DNA from: a virus
Taxonomy: Duplodnaviria > Caudoviricetes
Direction: 5' to 3' (one strand)
Length of the DNA: 64,000 nucleotides
IMG/VR virus record: IMGVR_UViG_3300015050_001523
Location: 192,001-256,000 of that record
Positions 9,480 through 17,470 of this stretch are shown here, piece by piece. The number at the start of each line of letters is the position of its first letter. Positions within the stretch are counted from its first letter, which is position 1. A program made the position numbers and the translations under genes. The notes beneath the pieces are model-generated. The model was not told where the DNA came from. It was given only the letters and a program-made list of their open reading frames with translations, and searched no databases.

Positions 9480-9789
9480 TTTCTAACTGCCTAATTCTAT
9501 CTATTAAAAGATCATTTTCTTTATCGGCTTTTAATACATGAGTAATGAGTGATTCAATATCTTTTTTATAGTTTGCAAAAGACTCAACAGCGCCAGGATA
9601 GATAACTTTAACAATTGGTAATGTTTTTACCAATTTTCCTTTTTCATTATAAATATTATAAGAAACCATGTTATTTTCAATAACTGGGGCTCCTGTAGGA
9701 ATGCGCTGTGCTCGAATTTGTATTTTTTCTAATTGATCTCTTGAAAGAAATCTGTTTTCCAATTCGGATATTTCAGATATGGTTGCCAT
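9460..9789 (-). CDS. Hypothetical protein
   Basis: 109-aa ORF in operon. Confidence 0.65.
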   Translation of the reverse strand: MATISEISELENRFLSRDQLEKIQIRAQRIPTGAPVIENNMVSYNIYNEKGKLVKTLPIVKVIYPGAVESFANYKKDIESLITHVLKADKENDLLIDRIRQLENATSRH

Positions 9790-9804
9790 GCTTTCAATTA
9801 TATA

Positions 9805-10251
9805 TTAGATAATATCTTTGCTAAGTTTTGTTTCATATCTTTTTTCAGAGATTTCTACTTTTTCTCTAAATTTTAAAGCTGAAATAATCGCTTCTATTTC
9901 TGTAGATCTGTAGACCGGAGGTCTATTACTATCTTTCATAAAGAAAATGCACCATTCACGTCCACTCCCAAATCCATGAGGGCAAGAGGCAGTACACATA
10001 TTTGGATCATTCCATGCTTCTCGCACTAAAAATAATAAATAACCTAGCATCGCAGGGCTTTTAATATCTGGAACTATATCCTCTAGATCTATAGACTTTA
10101 GTATAGAATCATCAAAAATGATGATTTTTTTATCATCAATTTCATAAATTAGTGCTTTTTTATTTTTAGAAACAATTCTAATTGGCATCCCTTCAAGGAA
10201 TGAAAAAAATTTACATGATTTTAATTCATTTTCTAATTTAAAATTATTCAT
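9805..10251 (-). CDS. Phage hypothetical, possibly ABA-sandwich-like
   Basis: PDIKSPAMLGYLLFLVREAWNDP...STEIEAIISAL, a recurrent phage motif (recognised from memory). Confidence 0.5.
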   Translation of the reverse strand: MNNFKLENELKSCKFFSFLEGMPIRIVSKNKKALIYEIDDKKIIIFDDSILKSIDLEDIVPDIKSPAMLGYLLFLVREAWNDPNMCTASCPHGFGSGREWCIFFMKDSNRPPVYRSTEIEAIISALKFREKVEISEKRYETKLSKDII

Positions 10252-10489
10252 AAAGTTTTTCTATTTCTAAAGGAGCTTGATTTAATTGCAATTTATTCTT
10301 TGGGGCAGCTATTTCTAGCTTGTTTGGTTTAGAAATAACTAATGAAATTAGAAATCCCATTAAAAATGAAATTGGAATTGTCCACCATAAAAGTCCAAAA
10401 GATAACAAACAAACAACACCAATCCCCATTCCAGGAATTATGGTGTTGTTTGTTAGCTGCTTAAGCTTCTTTGTATTTATTTGGCCCAC
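10244..10489 (-). CDS. Small membrane protein (2 TM)
   Basis: Hydrophobic stretch IIPGMGIGVVCLLSFGLLWWTIPISFLMGFLISLVI. Confidence 0.7.
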   Translation of the reverse strand: MGQINTKKLKQLTNNTIIPGMGIGVVCLLSFGLLWWTIPISFLMGFLISLVISKPNKLEIAAPKNKLQLNQAPLEIEKLYE

Positions 10490-10501
10490 AAAGCCATACT
10501 A

Positions 10502-10828
10502 TCACTTGTCTTCTAAGATGTCAAGCTTCTTTTTTCTTCCATTTTTTTTCGGGATATCTTCTTCTATTGGTTCTGCTGGTAAAGTTTCTAATTCTAAAGG
10601 AAAAAATTCTTCAATTTTTATTTTTTCTTTTTCAGGAAGTTTTTCTATAATTTTTTCTTTTTTAAAGAATTTTTCAACTTCTTCTTTTGTTGGAGGACTC
10701 ATATCGCGCGATATCAGCCATGTTTTCATTTCTAAATATGACTTAAATGCTTTTGATTTAATCCATGCACCAACATCTAAATGACGTCGAGAAGTAAAGG
10801 TTTTCCAATCTAATTTTGGTTTCTCCAT
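10502..10828 (-). CDS. Hypothetical protein, charged C-terminus
   Basis: 108-aa ORF. Confidence 0.65.
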   Translation of the reverse strand: MEKPKLDWKTFTSRRHLDVGAWIKSKAFKSYLEMKTWLISRDMSPPTKEEVEKFFKKEKIIEKLPEKEKIKIEEFFPLELETLPAEPIEEDIPKKNGRKKKLDILEDK

Positions 10829-10837
10829 AACATATAA

Positions 10838-11116
10838 CTATGCTTCATAAGCGCTTTGGATTAGTGGTGCAATAATATTTTGAAAATCAACTTCTTTTGC
10901 AATTAGTTGTGCATTTTCTCTACTTACTGGGTGCCCGTAAGTTGCCCCGATTTTTCTTATAATCTTTTCTAAAGATTTTAGAACAATTAATCTAATTCTA
11001 GCTGGTGTATAAAATTCTCCTTCTTTTGCCATTTCATTTGCAATTGCAGTGAAAGTTAACCCATCAGGAATTTCTAATGTTGCATATTTTCCAATACGAT
11101 CAGTAGAGTTATTCAT
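10838..11116 (-). CDS. Stand-alone sigma70 region 4.2-like HTH protein
   Basis: GLTFTAIANEM....YTPARIRLIVLKSLEKI resembles TLEEVG...TRERIRQIEAKALRKL. ATG at 11116 overlaps the sigma stop (ATGA), with GGAG upstream. Confidence 0.6.
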   Translation of the reverse strand: MNNSTDRIGKYATLEIPDGLTFTAIANEMAKEGEFYTPARIRLIVLKSLEKIIRKIGATYGHPVSRENAQLIAKEVDFQNIIAPLIQSAYEA

Positions 11117-11976
11117 TTTTTTCTTTTCTCCAAATTTTGGACTTCTTCTTCGGTTATTGGCCAAGCCTTATGGTCTGTTGGATCTTCCGTTATTCCAAAT
11201 CTTAACCTCAATATTTTTTCATCTCTTTCAGGCAAATCTTTTATTATTTGCCTTATTGACTTAATTAATTCTTGTTGAGAAATTTCATCAAGTGGAGATA
11301 TTGCATCTTCATCTTTAATTATAGAATGTAAAGCTTCATCATCATCTTCTAAACTTGTTGCACTATGATCAATTGTAATTATTGAATTTTTTGTTAGAAC
11401 TTGTAATGCCTGTTTGGCCATATCTTCAGTACATTCTAATTCTGAAGAAATTTCTTTAATAGATGGCTTGCATCCATTCTTTTTTATATATGACTGAAAC
11501 ATTGCACTTAATTTATGAGATAAAGTTAGCACATGAACAGGTACTCTTACTGTTCGTCCATGATTTGAAATTAATCGATCGATTCTTTGACGGATCCACC
11601 AACAACAATATGTACTAATTTTTAGTTCTTTTTTATAATCAAATCTATCAATCCCATCAATTAATCCAATATTTCCTTCTTGAATAAGATCTTCTAATTC
11701 GCATCCTTTTGATTGGTAGTGTTTCGCAACGGATGCCACCAATCTTAGATTGGATCTAACTAACTTCTCACGTGCAAGCTTTGCCTTTCTTAATGTCTCT
11801 TTATCTTTTGAAAGATCCCACAATTTATTAGGATTAGTGCTCAATAGACCGTTTTCATCTCTCCATCTTCCTGCATCCATCATTTTTGCAAGATATTGCT
11901 CTTCTTCTCTGTTTAGTAATTTTTTTCCATCTACCTCTGAAAAATATTGATTTAGAGATGTTTTATCATTCATCAT
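11113..11976 (-). CDS. RpoD/RpoS-like (group 1/2) sigma70 factor truncated in region 4
   Basis: Region 1.2 SLNQYFSEV..LLNREEE; region 2 NLRLVASVAKHY, DLIQEGNIGL, KISTYCCWWIRQ, RTVRVPVH; region 3; region 4.1 LPERDEKILRLRFGI. Stops before any RERIRQIE helix. Confidence 0.9.
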   Translation of the reverse strand: MMNDKTSLNQYFSEVDGKKLLNREEEQYLAKMMDAGRWRDENGLLSTNPNKLWDLSKDKETLRKAKLAREKLVRSNLRLVASVAKHYQSKGCELEDLIQEGNIGLIDGIDRFDYKKELKISTYCCWWIRQRIDRLISNHGRTVRVPVHVLTLSHKLSAMFQSYIKKNGCKPSIKEISSELECTEDMAKQALQVLTKNSIITIDHSATSLEDDDEALHSIIKDEDAISPLDEISQQELIKSIRQIIKDLPERDEKILRLRFGITEDPTDHKAWPITEEEVQNLEKRKK

Positions 11977-12377
11977 ATATAATCCTTTAGACATTTTGTC
12001 TTTATTTTTGCAAAATTATTTATATCTATTTGAATATTTAGACTTTTAATAATTTTCAATCCTTCATCCCATGCTAAAACTTCTTGTTCTAGAGCAGATA
12101 TTTTGTTATTTATACCTTTTTGAAGGAACCCAGGGAATAGGTCCGTATATGTTTCTTTCCTGTCTAAATATAGCTTTGCATGGCCACATTCATGTGACAA
12201 ATAGCAAACTCTATTTTTAGGGGTTCGTCTAGAATTATTTGATATTGTTTTAGACGAATAATCCCAAGAATCACAATCAGAATTTATAACAATGTATCCT
12301 AAATTTTTTGCAAATTCTTTTAATTTTAGAATTCCTGCAATACTATTCACTCTGTCCTTAGTAGAATAATAAGTCAT
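11973..12377 (-). CDS. ImmA/IrrE-like HExxH metallopeptidase
   Basis: LSHECGH followed by LEQEVLAWDEG. Confidence 0.7.
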   Translation of the reverse strand: MTYYSTKDRVNSIAGILKLKEFAKNLGYIVINSDCDSWDYSSKTISNNSRRTPKNRVCYLSHECGHAKLYLDRKETYTDLFPGFLQKGINNKISALEQEVLAWDEGLKIIKSLNIQIDINNFAKIKTKCLKDYI

Positions 12378-12657
12378 TATTTATTCTACTTTCTAAAAAT
12401 TCATTTGTGGCTTCTTCTTCTTCTTTTGTTCGAAGATAAATCTCATCTTGAATTTTCTTCATGTTTTTTATATAAATTTCATGAATTTTTTTAGCATTTT
12501 CTCGATGCTCTTGTTCTCTTTCCAAATAGCAAAGTTCAGTTTCTGCATCATGAGAATTGCTTTCATTCTTTTTCGCCCTTCGGATATGGGCACGAACGGC
12601 ATTCATTTGTTCTAATAGTTGATAGTCATTGATTTTTTCAATTTTACGATTGCTCAT
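12358..12657 (-). CDS. Hypothetical helical/coiled-coil protein
   Basis: 99-aa ORF. Confidence 0.65.
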   Translation of the reverse strand: MSNRKIEKINDYQLLEQMNAVRAHIRRAKKNESNSHDAETELCYLEREQEHRENAKKIHEIYIKNMKKIQDEIYLRTKEEEEATNEFLESRINNDLLFY

Positions 12658-12677
12658 ATTTTGTTCCTTTATCTGAT

Positions 12678-12992
12678 TTAGTGAATATAAAGATTGGTTC
12701 CAAATCTATTGGACTCTTCTAATTGCTCTTCAATTTCTGCAAAAAGTTCGGATAACTGATATCCAAATTCATGTTTTAGGTCTTCGTCTTTTGCACGATC
12801 GTACTCCATCATTAGTTCAGCTGCACAATCGATTGCTGCCCTAATTTCTGTAATCTCATTGATTGTACCTTTTATTTTAAGTTCTTTGGTACCAACAAGA
12901 GAATCTATACAATATGCCAAACAACTAAGATTTAAAATATTAAAGTCTTCTATTTCTTCATCTTCTAATAATAATGATTCTTGTGATTGCAT
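12678..12992 (-). CDS. Small, very acidic hypothetical protein
   Basis: 25 D/E versus 8 K/R in 104 aa; first gene behind a consensus promoter; SD gagga. Confidence 0.7.
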   Translation of the reverse strand: MQSQESLLLEDEEIEDFNILNLSCLAYCIDSLVGTKELKIKGTINEITEIRAAIDCAAELMMEYDRAKDEDLKHEFGYQLSELFAEIEEQLEESNRFGTNLYIH

Positions 12993-13016
12993 TTATATCC
13001 TCTTTATCTTAAATTA

Positions 13017-13046
13017 CTTATACCATAAAAAACTATGGAATGTCAA
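13017..13046 (-). promoter_or_regulatory. sigma70-type promoter TTGACA-N18-TATAAG with extended -10 TG
   Basis: Minus strand reads ttgacattccatagttttttatggtataag. Confidence 0.8.
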
Positions 13047-13842
13047 GTTCTAAAATTCTTTTCTTTATTACTTCTATTGCAGATGAACTAATATCTATTC
13101 CTAAATATTTACGACCCAACATGGCAGCAGATACAATTGTAGACCCACTTCCAGCAAAAAAGTCCAAAATTACATCATCAGGATTTGAATGAACTTTAAT
13201 AATTCGATTCAATAAATTTAGAGGTTTTTGAGTTGGATATTTTTGACTTTCTTTTGACATTGTATGGACTATTCCAAGCTCCCATACAGTCGTTGGCGTC
13301 TTTCCTCTTTTTATTTTTTCTTCAGCATCTTTTGCTGTATTCCTTATTAGACCTGGGGCTTTGTAAGGAATTCTATCAATTTCTTCAAAATTAAAGATGT
13401 AATCTTTTGGATTAATTGCATACCATAAAATGGTATTATGCTTACATGACCACTTCTTTTTGTTTCTTGCTCCATAATCCCAGGAATAAATAATTTCATT
13501 CATAAAATGATCTCTTCCTAATAACTTATCAAGTGCAACTTTTATATAATGAACTTCATTATAGTCCAAATGAACAAATAGAGAACCATTGTCTTTTAAT
13601 GATGGAATTGCCAATTTAATTCTATCCATTAAAAAATTTTCATAATCTATAAATGTATCTTGATATGATATTTCTGAAGATTCTTCTAATATTTTTCCTT
13701 TATCAGTTCTTTTTCTTTTTTGAGTTCTTCCTGTATTAAATGGCGGATCAATATAAATTAATGATATACTTTTTGGAGGAATTTCTGGCAATATTTTTAT
13801 ATTGTCTCCCAGAATAATATTGTTATTTGATAGATCTAGCAT
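13033..13842 (-). CDS. Amino (N6-A/N4-C) DNA methyltransferase, beta class; orphan
   Basis: YIDPPFNTG (motif IV) precedes QKPLNLL and ILDFFAGSGST (motif I). Confidence 0.92.
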   Translation of the reverse strand: MLDLSNNNIILGDNIKILPEIPPKSISLIYIDPPFNTGRTQKRKRTDKGKILEESSEISYQDTFIDYENFLMDRIKLAIPSLKDNGSLFVHLDYNEVHYIKVALDKLLGRDHFMNEIIYSWDYGARNKKKWSCKHNTILWYAINPKDYIFNFEEIDRIPYKAPGLIRNTAKDAEEKIKRGKTPTTVWELGIVHTMSKESQKYPTQKPLNLLNRIIKVHSNPDDVILDFFAGSGSTIVSAAMLGRKYLGIDISSSAIEVIKKRILELDIP

Positions 13843-14107
13843 AATTTAAAAGAATTGTTTTTAGAGATTTCATTTTTTTATTCTCTTTCCAGAAATCTTC
13901 TTCAGAAAATCTTTTTCCATTTAAAAAATAAGCTTTAAATTCATCTTCATCAATGGCAGGCCCATCTTCTCTATGAAGCTTTCCATGAATATAATATCGT
14001 TTACATCCATCTGGCCATTCGCAAGCAGGACCATCTTCTCGATGGAAAAGGCCATTTAAATAATATTGTTTGGTTCCAAATTGATTAATATTTAATCCGT
14101 TTTTCAT
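13823..14107 (-). CDS. HREDGPA-repeat protein
   Basis: FHREDGPACEW and LHREDGPAIDE, then FSEEDFW..KSLKTILLNY. Confidence 0.8.
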   Translation of the reverse strand: MKNGLNINQFGTKQYYLNGLFHREDGPACEWPDGCKRYYIHGKLHREDGPAIDEDEFKAYFLNGKRFSEEDFWKENKKMKSLKTILLNYARSIK

Positions 14108-14331
14108 TATTTATCCTTTCGTCTTGAGATTCTTCCTTTCGATGGATCATATGGAGAGACTTCAACAGTTACAAGATCTCCTAAAACAATGCGTATATGA
14201 TTCTCACGCATTTTTCCAGAGAGATGAGCAATAATTACTTGCTCATTATCAAGAGATTCTGTTCGAAATTTGCCATTCGATAAAACCTCAGTAACTTTAC
14301 ATGAGAGTGGAATTAAATCTTCTTTAGACAT
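14107..14331 (-). CDS. infA: Translation initiation factor IF-1
   Basis: MSKEDLI...KVTEVLSNGKF...IAHLSGKMRENHIRIVLGDLVTVEVSPYDPSKGRI; true start ATG at 14331. Confidence 0.95.
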   Translation of the reverse strand: MSKEDLIPLSCKVTEVLSNGKFRTESLDNEQVIIAHLSGKMRENHIRIVLGDLVTVEVSPYDPSKGRISRRKDK

Positions 14332-14371
14332 TGTAGTCCATGCTACCACAGCTACACAAACTAAGCAACAT

Positions 14372-14638
14372 CTAGTTTTTACTTTCAATATAAATATTCT
14401 TTATTATGGTTGCATCAATCTTGTCTAGTAGAATTTCATTATATAGTGAAATTTTTTTACCTATTAAGACCTCATATATTTCTTGCTTTTCTTTATTTTC
14501 AAAAGAATGAATAAATCCAATAAAACGAATTACCATTCCAATTCTATGAGATTTGAAAATTCGTCTAACATAGGCAAATTCACCAGGTTTAAATTTTTTG
14601 CCAGATTTTGCTTCAATAAATTCCAAATAAAACTCCAA
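14372..14638 (-). CDS. Hypothetical protein (KOW/SH3-like)
   Basis: FKPGEFAYV...IGMVI...YEVLIG. Confidence 0.5.
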   Translation of the reverse strand: MEFYLEFIEAKSGKKFKPGEFAYVRRIFKSHRIGMVIRFIGFIHSFENKEKQEIYEVLIGKKISLYNEILLDKIDATIIKNIYIESKN

Positions 14639-14686
14639 AAAAAAGGATGCAAAAGCATCCTTTTAAGTCTATCACACTTATTTGAT

Positions 14687-14938
14687 TTAGCCAGCATCAA
14701 CTACGTCAAAGTGTCGAACCAAAACCTCATATAAGGTTCGAGCATTTCGACCGTCGAAACTTACAGTCCGACGGCGGCCATTTTGTTCATAATTGATTGA
14801 TAGCTCGGTTGGGCGATGACGACCACTATCAGGTGATGTAATGTTTACATCAAAGTTTGGAAGGCTTCCACGAGGGGTGCCAGTTGTAAATGTATTTACG
14901 CTACCACTTTCAGTATTTTGATTAATTCTTTTACTCAT
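14687..14938 (-). CDS. Small hypothetical protein, probably highly expressed
   Basis: 83 aa, GC-richer codons, SD GGCGGAG, TATAAT upstream at 14974-14979. Confidence 0.75.
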   Translation of the reverse strand: MSKRINQNTESGSVNTFTTGTPRGSLPNFDVNITSPDSGRHRPTELSINYEQNGRRRTVSFDGRNARTLYEVLVRHFDVVDAG

Positions 14939-15015
14939 AATTTTCTCCGCCTACATTTCTAGGCTTTGAAATTATTATACATTTCTTAAACTAGTTTTTA
15001 TTTAGTAAATTCAAA

Positions 15016-15885
15016 TTATTTAAAACAATTTTTAATTGAAGAATAAAGCTCTTGTAAGTCTATCGTACTATTCCCAGACATTTGTCCATCATTTACCTCA
15101 ATAACAATCCACCCACCATCTTCACGTTGTGCAATATCTAAAACAAAAAAATTACAGAATTTTGAACATTTCTCAGCTGCTTCATGAACAAAATTTTCAG
15201 CTTCTTGTGTCCATTCAGCATATTCCCATGTTTCTGGGGCACATGCCCAATAATATCCTTTGGCCAAAAGCTTGGATCCTAAAAAGAAACATCTCCATTC
15301 GTTTGTAATGGGAAGTCCATTTATTCCATGGTCAAATGTTCTCAAAGGAATATATTCCCTTACAACCAATCCTTGCTCTCCAATAAATGCATCGTCTAAA
15401 AGTCTTCTTGCAACAATAGAAACATCTTGTTTTGTTTTTGCAAACATATGAGTATTCCATTTCCATTTTCTAGAGTTTGTACGACCCTTTACAATAAAAG
15501 ACATATTATCTGGTAACCGAGACCAAGTTGACCAACTTTTGGGAGTTAGCCCATCAAGAACACCAGGAATGCCTAAGTCTTGATCTCCGCTCCAGGCCAT
15601 AACGTCTGCAATCCATTGATGTTGAATGTGATTATTAATCAAACAGCTATCATTTAAGGCTAACTCTTCTTCAAGTTCTTTATACCAAGGAAGAACACTG
15701 TATCTCCCAATAACTAAAGAATTGTTTGGAATTTCTGTTCGATATTTTTTAACGGAAGGACCAAATACTGAATTACAAATAATAAATTCTTCTTCTGTAT
15801 CTCGATCTTCTCGAAACAAGATTACTGGTTGTTTTGTAATTTCGTTATCTTCCGGCATTTCAAAAGGATTTATTTTTTTTGACAT
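15016..15885 (-). CDS. ATP-grasp domain protein (DUF4343/R2K-like)
   Basis: FIVKGRTNSRK, VVREY, EWRCFF, FFVLDIAQREDGGWIVIEVNDGQMSG. Confidence 0.8.
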   Translation of the reverse strand: MSKKINPFEMPEDNEITKQPVILFREDRDTEEEFIICNSVFGPSVKKYRTEIPNNSLVIGRYSVLPWYKELEEELALNDSCLINNHIQHQWIADVMAWSGDQDLGIPGVLDGLTPKSWSTWSRLPDNMSFIVKGRTNSRKWKWNTHMFAKTKQDVSIVARRLLDDAFIGEQGLVVREYIPLRTFDHGINGLPITNEWRCFFLGSKLLAKGYYWACAPETWEYAEWTQEAENFVHEAAEKCSKFCNFFVLDIAQREDGGWIVIEVNDGQMSGNSTIDLQELYSSIKNCFK

Positions 15886-15924
15886 TTAAATTAACGATCT
15901 CTATATTTTATTATATCATTTATT

Positions 15925-16305
15925 GTGGGCATCCGCAAGGGACAAAAAACATTTCGAAAAAAGATTGTTGTCGGCGCGAAAAGATGTGAGGCAACATTAT
16001 CTTCTCTAGTTTTTGCAACAGATGCTTGTCATATTAAACCATATTCTGTTTGTGATGAATTTGAAAAAGAAGATCCTAATAATGCAATATTATTGCTTTC
16101 TTCTATCCATAGGGTTTTTGATAATGGCTATATAACTTTTGATGATAATGGAAAGATTATTATTAGTGAAGATTTAGACAAATGGGAATGGAGATGCCTT
16201 GGAATCTCTGGTTCTGAACAAATAAGAATGCCAGGAAAAAGAAAAGACTATATGAAATATCATAGAGAAATGATATTTCGAGATAAAAACAATTTAGTAG
16301 TATAG
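15925..16305 (+). CDS. HNH endonuclease (HNH_2-like, catalytic domain only)
   Basis: ACHIKPYS...DPNNAILLLSSIHRVFDNGYITFDDNGKIIIS; GTG start. Confidence 0.8.
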   Translation: MGIRKGQKTFRKKIVVGAKRCEATLSSLVFATDACHIKPYSVCDEFEKEDPNNAILLLSSIHRVFDNGYITFDDNGKIIISEDLDKWEWRCLGISGSEQIRMPGKRKDYMKYHREMIFRDKNNLVV

Positions 16306-16312
16306 GTATTAA

Positions 16313-16969
16313 ATGGATCAAATGACAAAAACTCAATCATTTAGAGAAGAATATAAGAAAAAAAAGTCATATATCTTATCTGGGAGTTTTTATTTTTTGT
16401 TAGTAATAATTGGAAGTTTGTTTCTTTCTATTTTTTCATTATTTTTTATTAGTAATTTACATCTATTAGAATTAATGATTGTTCCAATAGCCTTATTTGC
16501 TTCTAATTTTGTTGAATATTCATTTCATCGTTGGCCGATGCACCATAAGAGATTTTTTATATTTGAAAAAATGTACAAGACACATAGCGGACAACATCAC
16601 AGATATTTTACAAATGAATATATGGATATAGAGTGTGACAAAGATAGACGAGAAGTATTCGCAAAGTGGTTTACTGTTTTTTTATTGATTTTTTTAATTG
16701 TTTTACCAATCTCTATTTTTTGTTTTTTATTATTTGGTCAAAATATTGGAATATTATTTTTTGCTACATGCATAACATATTATGGAATATATGAATCAAT
16801 TCATTGTATAGTCCACCACCCAGATAATCATTTTTTATTGAAAATTCCATTTATGAAATTGGCAAAAAAACATCATAAAGCCCATCATGATACAAAAATT
16901 ATGAGAAATTATAATTTCAATATTGGACTTCCAATGATGGATATTATTTTTAATACATTAAAAAAATAA
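16313..16969 (+). CDS. Fatty-acid hydroxylase/sterol desaturase-family membrane di-iron enzyme
   Basis: Four His boxes (HRWPMHH, HSGQHH, HCIVHH, HHKAHH) and four TM segments. Confidence 0.88.
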   Translation: MDQMTKTQSFREEYKKKKSYILSGSFYFLLVIIGSLFLSIFSLFFISNLHLLELMIVPIALFASNFVEYSFHRWPMHHKRFFIFEKMYKTHSGQHHRYFTNEYMDIECDKDRREVFAKWFTVFLLIFLIVLPISIFCFLLFGQNIGILFFATCITYYGIYESIHCIVHHPDNHFLLKIPFMKLAKKHHKAHHDTKIMRNYNFNIGLPMMDIIFNTLKK

Positions 16970-16993
16970 AGCACCAATTATGGTGCTTTATTT
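16964..16993. terminator. Bidirectional intrinsic terminator between convergent genes
   Basis: aaataaagcacca-atta-tggtgctttattt. Confidence 0.8.
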
Positions 16994-17012
16994 GAAAAAA
17001 GGAAAAAAATAT

Positions 17013-17216
17013 TTATTTTAAAGAGTCGTCTTCTTCTTTGATTTCGATATTGTTGAGGGCGTCCTCTTCATTACCGTCTTCTTTTTTCTCTTTCTTCTCT
17101 TTCTGTTCTTTGATTTTTTCGCGTAACATGTCAATACCGTCATCTGCAAGCTTTTTTCCTGCGGTCCATCCGGCTCCTGACAAGACTCCTTTAATTAATT
17201 GAGAAAATAATGACAT
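17013..17216 (-). CDS. Small hypothetical (amphipathic N-terminus, charged tail)
   Basis: 67 aa; SD aggag; own promoter. Confidence 0.7.
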   Translation of the reverse strand: MSLFSQLIKGVLSGAGWTAGKKLADDGIDMLREKIKEQKEKKEKKEDGNEEDALNNIEIKEEDDSLK

Positions 17217-17238
17217 ATGATTTTAAATCTCCTTCTAT

Positions 17239-17267
17239 AATCTAGCATGTTTTCAGTTGACATGCAA
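17239..17267 (-). promoter_or_regulatory. sigma70-type promoter TTGCAT-N17-TAGATT, extended -10
   Basis: Minus strand reads ttgcatgtcaactgaaaacatgctagatt. Confidence 0.6.
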
Positions 17268-17275
17268 CAAGATTT

Positions 17276-17470
17276 TCACTGCACATTCTCGCAAAGAAAA
17301 TAGGCAATTTCATTTCCTTTATCTGTTGCTTCGAATGTAGCAAATGGGGCTTTTCTTAATAAAAATTCATTATATGGTTGATTATACAATAATAAAATTA
17401 AATTATTTTTAATTTTTGTTTTTATTATTGTATTTCCATTTACTTCATCAACAGCTAATATCTCTATCAT
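17276..17470 (-). CDS. Hypothetical protein
   Basis: 64-aa ORF coupled to the upstream gene. Confidence 0.55.
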   Translation of the reverse strand: MIEILAVDEVNGNTIIKTKIKNNLILLLYNQPYNEFLLRKAPFATFEATDKGNEIAYFLCENVQ

